From the IMG/VR virus record IMGVR_UViG_3300028802_000398: a stretch of DNA of 64,000 nt. One strand, given 5' to 3'. Each line of letters starts with the position of its first letter. Positions within the stretch are counted from its first letter, which is position 1. Origin of the DNA: a virus. The notes under the pieces are model-generated. The model worked only from the letters and a program-made list of their open reading frames with translations. It did no database searches and had not been told where the DNA came from. Shown here in pieces: positions 41,612 to 51,165 of this stretch. The translations under genes and the position numbers were made by a program.

Positions 41612-41783
41612 TCGCTTGAGCTTGCACTTGTTGCTTTGTAGTGTAGAGAAGGGCGGACCACTCCCCATGGGGAGACACCCGTAATCGAGGAGCTTCCCAT
41701 GCGCACCGCTTTCACTCCCCAGGTTCGTAATCAAATGACCGGCTTCGAGCCCGGCCATTTGTAGTTACAACCTGGAGGCAACT

Positions 41784-42584
41784 ATGCGTAAAGACATGGC
41801 GCAGTTGCTCGTGGAGCACCCCCGGCACAATGCCGGGGAACTCTACCGCGAGCATCGGCGCATCGCTAATCGCGACCCCGAAGAGGCACCGACCAAGCAG
41901 GGGATGCGACGGCCCTATTTTGAACGGAAAGAGTTCGGAGAGTACTTCGCACCCATCAAGGGTTTCCTGCGCAAGAACGTGGGACGGCCTTGGGACAAGG
42001 TCTTCTCTGATTTGAGCGGCTCACTGAGTGGCGGCGGGGCCGTCGTCGACCACGTGAAGCTCCACGTGCTGCGCGACTTCGTGATCATCCAGCCCGTGTG
42101 GGAAGGCGGTGTGCCTTGCTACCCGCCGCACCTGAACTCGTTTTGGCGAACGAAGCCGACGCCGATCACGCGGAGCCGCAACGAGGGCTTCTACGTCGAC
42201 AGACTCGGGATTCTTCGGCAAGTCTCGGCTAGGTCCAAGCGACGCAAGCCCAAGCCCGTCGACCTCAGGATCGACGAGCACAGCGCGTACTACAAGATCG
42301 ATGGAGTCTGGTACCGGGTCTGGTTCGCTTCTCTGCCAGAAGCCGGGCCGGGTTTCGCCCCGTTGTATGATGTCGTGTTGAAGAGCTGGGTCCGCTGCAA
42401 GAACTACCCGCCGTCCAAGTACCAGCCGATGGGCTTCTACCGCTGGGAACTCGACAACGGGTACTGGGTCAATGAGCTGATCGAGACGCACGGGGGCGCT
42501 TGGGTGGCGCATCGCCGGGAGCAGATTGGGTCGCGGGTGATCCGGCGCGAGCGCTTGAATGAGCGTGTAAACGAGACAGGGTAA
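41784..42584 (+). CDS. Basic hypothetical protein
   Basis: 266-aa ORF with GGAGG RBS; FLRKNVGRPWDKVFS. Confidence 0.7.
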   Translation: MRKDMAQLLVEHPRHNAGELYREHRRIANRDPEEAPTKQGMRRPYFERKEFGEYFAPIKGFLRKNVGRPWDKVFSDLSGSLSGGGAVVDHVKLHVLRDFVIIQPVWEGGVPCYPPHLNSFWRTKPTPITRSRNEGFYVDRLGILRQVSARSKRRKPKPVDLRIDEHSAYYKIDGVWYRVWFASLPEAGPGFAPLYDVVLKSWVRCKNYPPSKYQPMGFYRWELDNGYWVNELIETHGGAWVAHRREQIGSRVIRRERLNERVNETG

Positions 42585-42590
42585 CACCAG

Positions 42591-42620
42591 GGGGCGTCGG
42601 GTTGAGCGCCCCGGCGCCCC
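42591..42620. terminator. GC-rich hairpin between convergent genes
   Basis: GGGGCGTCGGG/CCCGGCGCCCC stem. Confidence 0.55.
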
Positions 42621-43015
42621 TAGAAGTTGAGGGTGGGCTTCGCCCCGGAGAGCAAGGTAAATGCCTTGTAGACGCGTACGAGGTAGCCGATACCATCAAC
42701 GTCGTATGCGCGGCCGATGGTGCCGATACCGTTGAGGATGCCGAGTAGCGCGAAGAACATCCGCTTTGCATTCCCGGAACTCGCCGACACTTTTGCTTTC
42801 AGGGCCGCCGCATAGATCTCATCAAGTGCCATGATGATGGCTTCTTCTCCGCCGAGCGTGGGCGCGGGGTTAAGCTCTGCTGTCTTGGACAAGCGGTCAC
42901 CGAGGTCCTGCAGCTCGCTCGCGATACGCGTACGAGAAGGCTGCTCACTATGCGTGTAGGCGAGAATGCGGCGAAGCTCCTGTTGTAGCTCGTCGGTATT
43001 GGCGATTTTAGGCAT
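42620..43015 (-). CDS. Hypothetical protein with KIANTxELQxELRR N-terminal module
   Basis: MPKIANTDELQQELRRILAY shared with 27069-27806. Confidence 0.7.
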   Translation of the reverse strand: MPKIANTDELQQELRRILAYTHSEQPSRTRIASELQDLGDRLSKTAELNPAPTLGGEEAIIMALDEIYAAALKAKVSASSGNAKRMFFALLGILNGIGTIGRAYDVDGIGYLVRVYKAFTLLSGAKPTLNF

Positions 43016-43038
43016 CGGTCAGGTTCCTTTGAAGTGAC

Positions 43039-43060
43039 GGCCCGGACCCACTGCCGCGCC
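43039..43060 (-). promoter_or_regulatory. Conserved 5' leader element, copy 2
   Basis: GGCGCGGCAGTGGGTCCGGGCC upstream of the paralogous N-terminal module. Confidence 0.6.
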
Positions 43061-43320
43061 CTTTCAAATGAGGCCAGGGGATAAGAGCAATATTGCGTAG
43101 GCTAAGGTGACGTTTCCCTTGTTGGGTTTGGTGTATGGATCTGCACGTGAGGCCGCGCCTTTTGGTTTTGGGCTTTTCGTACTGGCTGGCCGCGCCCCTT
43201 GGGCTTGGGTTTGCCAGAGGACGTTCTGACAACCAGCTGTTCGCTCATGCCGATTTTGGGGGCCGTCCAGTCCCGCGTCGCTCGAACGAGTAGCCAGACG
43301 GCAACGAGAGGCACTAAGCC

Positions 43321-44841
43321 ATGAAAGTAGAAGCTAGACTCACACACAGCAAGGTTCGTTTTGACCAAGAGACGAACGGCCATCTGGTCGTCACCGTGAC
43401 GGCCCCGGAAACAACCACCAACGAGGAGAAGCGCCCGGCGCTCTGCATCGTGCCACTCATCGATGTGTCCCCCTCGATGGAGGGCGCGAAGCTTCTGTAC
43501 GCGAAGCGCTCGCTGATCAAGCTCATCGATCATCTCTCCGCGAATGACTATTGCGGGTTGATTGCGTTTTCGTTCTCGGCGCAGACGTTGTCCAAGCCTG
43601 TTAAGTGCACGCCAGAGGCCAAGGAAGACCTCAAGCGCAAGGTGCAGGGGCTCACGTTGAGCGGAGCCACGAACATTGCGGACGCTTTGCTTGAAGGATT
43701 CCGCGTCGCGAACAACATGGACCTTCCGAGCGAGGTGATCACCCGAGTCATCTTGTTCACGGACGGTGCGGCCAATACGGGTCCGGCGAAGACTCCGCAG
43801 GAGCTGCTCGCCCTGGTGAAGCCAAACATCGGGATCGCTTCGGTCAGTGCCTTCGGCTACGGTCTCGACGCCGTCCAGGATTTTCTCTCGGACTTGTCCA
43901 AGGCTGGCAACGGTAACTATTCGTTCGTCCAGAACCCTGACGATGCGCTCACTGCTTTTGGCAAGGAGCTTGGTGGCCTCCTAAGCACGTACGCGACGAA
44001 CTTGACGCTCGCCATTGGCCCGCTCGCGGGCCATGAGGTGACCCAAGTCGTCACGGACGTGGATGCTGAAGAAGAGGACACTGGCCAAGTTAGGCTCAAG
44101 GTGTCTGACATCTTGGCGGGCGAGACGCGCAACTTCGTGCTCTCGGTCAAGCTGCAAGCACAGAAGGCCGCCTTTCCTCGGGAAGTCAACGTATTCAACA
44201 TCCAGGCTGGGTACGACATCCTCGATGCCAACCTACGCCGCGAGCACAGGAGCCTTGGGACGAATGCCAAGGTGCAGTTCGTCAAGGACGGCGAGCAACA
44301 GGAGAAGCCTGCACCCGAACTCGACCAAATCGTCGGCTTGGCGCAACTAGTCCGGGCTCAGCTTGAGGCGGAGGACCACGCCAAGCGAGGTGACTTCATC
44401 ACAGCGCAGAGCGTGATGAACACCGTTTCCACGGACGTGAAGACGCGAGGCCTTGTTGGGATCGGGGATGTTGCTACGAGCATCGGTGCCCGGTTGCGTT
44501 CGCGGGACAGCTACGCCGGTAGTCAGGCATACCTGGCCAGCGTCACGCGTGGCGGCACCCGCGGTTATAGCGGCACCTACGAGACATCCGCCGCTCAGGA
44601 CCTGCAGTCCTTGGGTGTCAACCTGACGAATTCATCGCAGGCAACCGTGTCAGCGACCTTCGCGGCGCCGGCTGCTTTGGATGTCAGCGCTGCCCCTGAC
44701 AACACGTTGGGGGCTTGGGGTACGACGGGGAGTATCCCTTGGGGCGCGGCAGTGACGCCGGAGACGGTTACCGGCGCACCGCAGCCCGATAACCCGAAAG
44801 ACAAGAAGCGAAAGATCAGCCAGAAGTTAAAGCTTTGGTAA
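43321..44841 (+). CDS. vWA-domain protein (YfbK/VIT-like)
   Basis: LIDVSPSME MIDAS, GATNI, ILFTDGAAN. Confidence 0.85.
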   Translation: MKVEARLTHSKVRFDQETNGHLVVTVTAPETTTNEEKRPALCIVPLIDVSPSMEGAKLLYAKRSLIKLIDHLSANDYCGLIAFSFSAQTLSKPVKCTPEAKEDLKRKVQGLTLSGATNIADALLEGFRVANNMDLPSEVITRVILFTDGAANTGPAKTPQELLALVKPNIGIASVSAFGYGLDAVQDFLSDLSKAGNGNYSFVQNPDDALTAFGKELGGLLSTYATNLTLAIGPLAGHEVTQVVTDVDAEEEDTGQVRLKVSDILAGETRNFVLSVKLQAQKAAFPREVNVFNIQAGYDILDANLRREHRSLGTNAKVQFVKDGEQQEKPAPELDQIVGLAQLVRAQLEAEDHAKRGDFITAQSVMNTVSTDVKTRGLVGIGDVATSIGARLRSRDSYAGSQAYLASVTRGGTRGYSGTYETSAAQDLQSLGVNLTNSSQATVSATFAAPAALDVSAAPDNTLGAWGTTGSIPWGAAVTPETVTGAPQPDNPKDKKRKISQKLKLW

Positions 44842-44867
44842 CTCTACTCGGGTGTAGTTCGTAGTCA

Positions 44868-44900
44868 GGGGCGGTGACGAAAGTCATCGCCCCTTTTTTT
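44868..44900 (+). terminator. Rho-independent terminator
   Basis: GGGGCGGTGAC-GAAA-GTCATCGCCCC followed by T7. Confidence 0.85.
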
Positions 44901-44924
44901 GTTTTGGCCGGTCGGTTCAGTTCC

Positions 44925-44931
44925 CTCTTAT
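44925..44931 (+). promoter_or_regulatory. CTCTTAT promoter-like motif (representative copy)
   Basis: 13 nt upstream of an RVxxRF-motif gene, directly after a terminator. Confidence 0.55.
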
Positions 44932-44944
44932 CAATCCTGGGAAG

Positions 44945-46177
44945 GTGGGCACCTTGAGGGATACCGCGCAGATTCTCCGCGTCGCGGAACGGTTTAAGCA
45001 GGCTAAGATCGTCGCCTTGCCGGTCGATTTTGGGCCGTACTTTCACTCAGTACTCGCCAAGATCAAGCTGGATGCTAAGCGCATCACGGACAACGTCAAT
45101 CTGATGCTGAAGACGTGCAAGGCAGATGAGGATATCGACTACGGGACCCGCCGCATGGATATGGCTCCGTTCGACTTTGATAGTATCCCGTCAACGTTGG
45201 ACGATCTGCTGCAGAGCTTCGATCTCGCGCTCCGTTTGAACAATTCACGATCTGGTCTAGAGCGATCGCTGAGTCTAGACACCCTTGACGATGACTACCG
45301 ATTCGCGCCTCTGAAGTCGCGAAGCAAGGTGGACCTGGGTGCTGCCATCAAGCACATGAAGGATTACGATGTGCCGAGTTGGTTCATCCGGGCTTACGAG
45401 GAAACTGTCGAGCTGCTTCAAGGTATCGTGCAGCGGGTCGAGAAACTACGAGACCGCTTTCAAGGCTCTAAAAAGCTGGAGCCAGAGAAGATCGAAACGC
45501 TATATCACGCCTCGGTAAATGCACGAGACCTTTACGCGAAAGGGTTTCAACTGACGCGACCTGAGGGCGGGATGGGGCTAGGTGGCAGTGTTGAGGACAA
45601 CGCTGGCAAGGACGCTATCTCGTTCACTCATGATCTTGCCTACGCCCTGCAGATCGCCCGCTGGTTCAAAGAGATGGCCATGGTTGCATCTGGGGACATC
45701 AAAGCGAGCCAGATTTTGCGGTGGGCAAATAAGGAGGGGATCGCTGAGAAGGTGTTCGAGTATGCGAGCGGGCTTGTCAGCCAAGTAGGCGACCTTTTCA
45801 CGGAAGGGGGACGAGTGAGGCTCGACTTCAGTGGAGGTAAGGTCCGAGTGGTCCGAGATCAATGGGGGCCAGCCAAGAAGGAAATTGTAACGGAGACCGA
45901 GGACCCGGATGAGTTGTTCAAGAAGAAGCGGGCGCTCTACGATCTCTACATGTGCTATATCATGCAGAGTCCGCATCGCTCGAATCCGATGTCAATGAAC
46001 ACGACAGCGACGTTGGAACGCATGGACAGGGATAACGTGCAGCCGCGTGACATTGGGGTCATTACCGCCGAGATCGACATGTCAGACCCGGACATCAAGT
46101 ATTTGCCTGGAGAGGCCGAGTATCGAGTTCCTCCCCGCTCGATCAAAAAGGTTGTCCGATTCGTTGGTGACCCATAG
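44945..46177 (+). CDS. Putative ADP-ribosyltransferase-fold protein, RVAERF motif
   Basis: LYHAS...GF...GLGG...ISFTHD...EAEYRVPP; paralogue of 30158-31432. Confidence 0.6.
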   Translation: MGTLRDTAQILRVAERFKQAKIVALPVDFGPYFHSVLAKIKLDAKRITDNVNLMLKTCKADEDIDYGTRRMDMAPFDFDSIPSTLDDLLQSFDLALRLNNSRSGLERSLSLDTLDDDYRFAPLKSRSKVDLGAAIKHMKDYDVPSWFIRAYEETVELLQGIVQRVEKLRDRFQGSKKLEPEKIETLYHASVNARDLYAKGFQLTRPEGGMGLGGSVEDNAGKDAISFTHDLAYALQIARWFKEMAMVASGDIKASQILRWANKEGIAEKVFEYASGLVSQVGDLFTEGGRVRLDFSGGKVRVVRDQWGPAKKEIVTETEDPDELFKKKRALYDLYMCYIMQSPHRSNPMSMNTTATLERMDRDNVQPRDIGVITAEIDMSDPDIKYLPGEAEYRVPPRSIKKVVRFVGDP

Positions 46178-46221
46178 CCACCATTGGCTAGTCGGCGTTC
46201 GGTGTATGGCTGGTCCTGTCT

Positions 46222-46578
46222 ATGTTCACGCTTGCCGAGCTAGCTCTTTGGGATGCTGATGAGACTTTCCAGCAACTAACGGCGGCTCTCCCGCTTGGGT
46301 GGAAGATATCTGCATGGGAGGACTCCGGCTACTTGGTGGCGGAGCTTCATGACGACAAAGGTGAGAGCTGCTGGTGCAAGGCCAGCCCTGACGCCAAGCT
46401 GCTCTTTCTAGATGGGCTGGGTTGGCTCATGACGCGTAACCACAAGACGACCAATCCTGTGTGGAGACCTCGTGCGCGTGAGAGAGAGCTTCGGGTCCCT
46501 AATCCGATTTCGGACGTTCCAGACCCGCCCGATTTGGATCCTGTTGAAGTGGCCGCGGTGTACAGGGCAAGGCGCTAA
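46222..46578 (+). CDS. Hypothetical protein
   Basis: 118-aa ORF 15 nt after GGTGTA. Confidence 0.6.
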   Translation: MFTLAELALWDADETFQQLTAALPLGWKISAWEDSGYLVAELHDDKGESCWCKASPDAKLLFLDGLGWLMTRNHKTTNPVWRPRARERELRVPNPISDVPDPPDLDPVEVAAVYRARR

Positions 46579-48231
<1,653 letters not shown>

Positions 48232-48254
48232 CGATTTTATGCCTGGACATTAGT

Positions 48255-48836
48255 GTGGACTCCAGACTTAAGACCGTGAGGGGGAGCCGCCTTGCTCACC
48301 TCCTCTATTCGGATGCCCCGCGAGTGGCACAGGCTCTGGTCGACAAGCTACGAGGCCGAGCCAAAGTCTTCTCCGGGGTAGTGGGCAGCACGCCATACAT
48401 AGAGTTTAGAGCACCGGGGTACTCAGTTGTGATTCGGGGCGATGACTGGCGCAAAATCTTTCCGTTCATTCGATTCGGATCCGGCTATTTCCACCCGGTG
48501 ATCCCGCCAGCTACTCAGCCCGATCCTATCCCGTCTCCGCAGCCAAATAGGGTGCGGCCAGCGCCGCCCGAGAATCCTGGTGATGGGTTCACATCGTTTC
48601 TGGGATTCTTCACTTGGGACGAGTACTCCACGATTCAACGCCTACTGCCGATCTCTAATGTTGGACGCGATCGTCTGGGGCTCTCATATATGGCCACGCG
48701 TCCTGTGCCGGAGCCGTTCGTAATCAACCCACCTCCGCGCCGGACCGACCAATTCGAGATGTCGGATGTGTACGACCGACTGGTGGCCGTACTTCAGAAA
48801 CTCTTCCCAAGAGACTTCCCAACTTATCAGGTGTGA
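48255..48836 (+). CDS. Hypothetical protein
   Basis: In-frame GTG 14 nt after ATTTTAT; the longer ORF-track version overlaps groEL. Confidence 0.55.
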   Translation: MDSRLKTVRGSRLAHLLYSDAPRVAQALVDKLRGRAKVFSGVVGSTPYIEFRAPGYSVVIRGDDWRKIFPFIRFGSGYFHPVIPPATQPDPIPSPQPNRVRPAPPENPGDGFTSFLGFFTWDEYSTIQRLLPISNVGRDRLGLSYMATRPVPEPFVINPPPRRTDQFEMSDVYDRLVAVLQKLFPRDFPTYQV

Positions 48837-48839
48837 GAC

Positions 48840-49052
48840 ATGCGAGTAGATCAAACTGGAACCTCCCCTGGCTTGACCTCTGAGCCGGAAGAAGCGCCGA
48901 AGATCAACATACGTTGCAAGAACCCTGACTGCGATTCGATTGTCGCAATCGAGCTGAAGCTCGCAGGTCAGGAGCCGGGTCACCGCTTGTACCAGTGTTG
49001 CAAGTGCAAGGTAACGCGTGGGATCGCAGTGGGCGGCAGAATTCATTTGTGA
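48840..49052 (+). CDS. Small Zn-ribbon protein
   Basis: CKNPDC ... YQCCKC. Confidence 0.65.
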   Translation: MRVDQTGTSPGLTSEPEEAPKINIRCKNPDCDSIVAIELKLAGQEPGHRLYQCCKCKVTRGIAVGGRIHL

Positions 49053-49217
49053 CCGATGGCGGCTTCATTCGTTGTCCTGAGTGTCGCGGGCAACTCCTGC
49101 CCAGTGGTGTAGAGGTCCATCGGTTCATTTGTAGCGCGTGCGAACTCAACTTCCACGCAGTGCTGCAGTTCGTGCAGGTACCACCGATCATTAGAACGGA
49201 AGGACTGCTGCTCTCTA

Positions 49218-50165
49218 ATGCTCTCCGAGATTCAACACCAGGAGGCAGCGACTAGGTTTCTGCGCCGAGTGGTATCTGGCGCACTCGTATCGCCGTTACT
49301 GTTGATCGGACCTTCCGGAGTTGGAAAGCGGCACTCGTTGCTCTGCATGATGCGTGAGGTTCTTTGTACGGGGATCCGCGCGTCCAATTGCCTGTGTGCT
49401 GGGTGTTATCAGGTAAAGCGGGGGCTACATTCTGATATTCACGTGCTCACTGCGGATAAGCACATTGACGTCAAGCAGATCAGAGCCTTGATCGTCGAGG
49501 CGCAAACTTGTCCATCGGCTTCCAAGTTCAGTGCTTTCATTATCGATGGTGCGGACCGATTTACGATTGAAGCAGCTGACGCACTATTGAAGACGCTTGA
49601 GGAGCCTCCGACAACGTCCAGATTCTTTTTGCTTGCGGAGGACCTCTCTAAGGTTCCGCTGACAATTCGTTCACGTTGTGGGGCTGTTACGTATCGACGC
49701 CTGCCGGAGGACTTCATCCTATCGATAGTTCATCGGTCTGAAGAGAATCCCGGTAAAGCTCTTGTCTATAGCAGAATGGGTAGCGGTTCGGCCGGTAAAG
49801 CGGTCGACTACTGTAACGCGGGTAGGCTGGCCCTACGTGACCAGGTTGTGAAGGCTCTCCAGGCGAGCGTCGAGAGAGATCTTTGGGCCGTGTTTTCTTT
49901 GGTGGACTCCATGAAGAATGACCTGGAATTGGCGGCGCAGTTCATGGAGCAAGTCATCGAGGACGTGCTGGTCTGTCCGCTTGATCCTGCCCGCGCAACT
50001 AATGTTGACGCCATCGATTCACTGCTGGCCTTGGGCGCGAAAGTTTCCAGTCAGGTATGGATCCGGGTTGCTCGGAAGGTTGGCGCACTTAGGCACAGCG
50101 CCAACATGGTCAGTCTCAATCTGTCCTTCCAACTGAAGACCGTGCTTGCAGAGTCATTCGTCTGA
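49218..50165 (+). CDS. holB: DNA polymerase III delta-prime-like clamp-loader subunit
   Basis: GPSGVGK, CxCxxC Zn site, IIDGAD, ALLKTLEEP, TIRSRC. Confidence 0.88.
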   Translation: MLSEIQHQEAATRFLRRVVSGALVSPLLLIGPSGVGKRHSLLCMMREVLCTGIRASNCLCAGCYQVKRGLHSDIHVLTADKHIDVKQIRALIVEAQTCPSASKFSAFIIDGADRFTIEAADALLKTLEEPPTTSRFFLLAEDLSKVPLTIRSRCGAVTYRRLPEDFILSIVHRSEENPGKALVYSRMGSGSAGKAVDYCNAGRLALRDQVVKALQASVERDLWAVFSLVDSMKNDLELAAQFMEQVIEDVLVCPLDPARATNVDAIDSLLALGAKVSSQVWIRVARKVGALRHSANMVSLNLSFQLKTVLAESFV

Positions 50166-50180
50166 GGTGAGGTAGGACGT

Positions 50181-51143
50181 ATGGCTGGTAAGGCTTCTAC
50201 ATTCAATGCGTTTTACGTCGCATTTGGCGGGGAGCCGCTGCACCTTGATCGTTACATTGAGCGGACTAGGCAGAGTCGCCGTAGGGTCATTGTCATGGAC
50301 GGTGACGGGCTAACTGACGCTACGCTCGTTGAGCTATGCGAAACCAGTGCGGAGGATCCCCGGACTATCGTTGTCGACAACGCTCAAGAGCTGAAAGGTC
50401 ATGAGGAGCTGCGTCGTTACGTCACGGCGCGTAACCCAATTGATCAATCGGTGATACTCGTGTCCATCGTTAGGTCGGAGACGCTCTCAGACTTGTGGTC
50501 TTTCGTTGCGAGCAAAGGCAAGTGTCTAGAATGGAAGAAGGCCAAACCTTGGGATAAGGAGTCTTACCACCTCGACTTCATTAGGGAGGAGGCGACTCTT
50601 AATGCGGTCACGATTCGCAAGCGAGCTGTGGAGGCATTGCTTCAATCCACCGGCCCCGACCTCTATCGTCTGGCAAATGAGATCAAGAAGCTTGCGATCT
50701 ATGCCGGAAGCGCTGGCGAGATCACCGAACGCCACGTAGCCGAGATTGCCACGCAGACTGCCGAAGCGGAGCCGAACATGGTTGCGGAGGCGGTCATGGC
50801 AAAGGACACCGAGCGGGCTTTGCAGCTGTTTTCGGTGCTCTGCGCCAGATCCGGTGAAGCCCAATATGGCGCTGTGGTTCACCAACTGATGAAACACGTT
50901 GAGAACACAACCGTGATTCGCAGCATGTTTGACAAGGGGATGTCTCCGGCTTCTGTGGCTGGACTACTTGGACAGAACCTCTGGCGCTTCAACAATGCCG
51001 TTGCGCCGACGGCCCGCAAACATGAGCTGCGGTCACTCGTTCGCTACATGGGACAGCTCTGCAAATTAGATCTGGATGTGAAGTCGTCTTCCCCATTCAA
51101 GAGAACGATGATCGAGATGGTCATCCTGTCGATCACACAATGA
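50181..51143 (+). CDS. holA: DNA polymerase III delta-like clamp-loader subunit
   Basis: DLYRLANEIKKLAIY / ITERHV pattern; adjacent to holB. Confidence 0.75.
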   Translation: MAGKASTFNAFYVAFGGEPLHLDRYIERTRQSRRRVIVMDGDGLTDATLVELCETSAEDPRTIVVDNAQELKGHEELRRYVTARNPIDQSVILVSIVRSETLSDLWSFVASKGKCLEWKKAKPWDKESYHLDFIREEATLNAVTIRKRAVEALLQSTGPDLYRLANEIKKLAIYAGSAGEITERHVAEIATQTAEAEPNMVAEAVMAKDTERALQLFSVLCARSGEAQYGAVVHQLMKHVENTTVIRSMFDKGMSPASVAGLLGQNLWRFNNAVAPTARKHELRSLVRYMGQLCKLDLDVKSSSPFKRTMIEMVILSITQ

Positions 51144-51165
51144 AAGAAGGAGTTCTTAGGTAATC

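Noticed and set aside
43135-43299. Short ORF or GGCCGCGCC..TTGG repeat upstream of the vWA gene
   Set aside because: No recognisable protein or structure; could be leader sequence.
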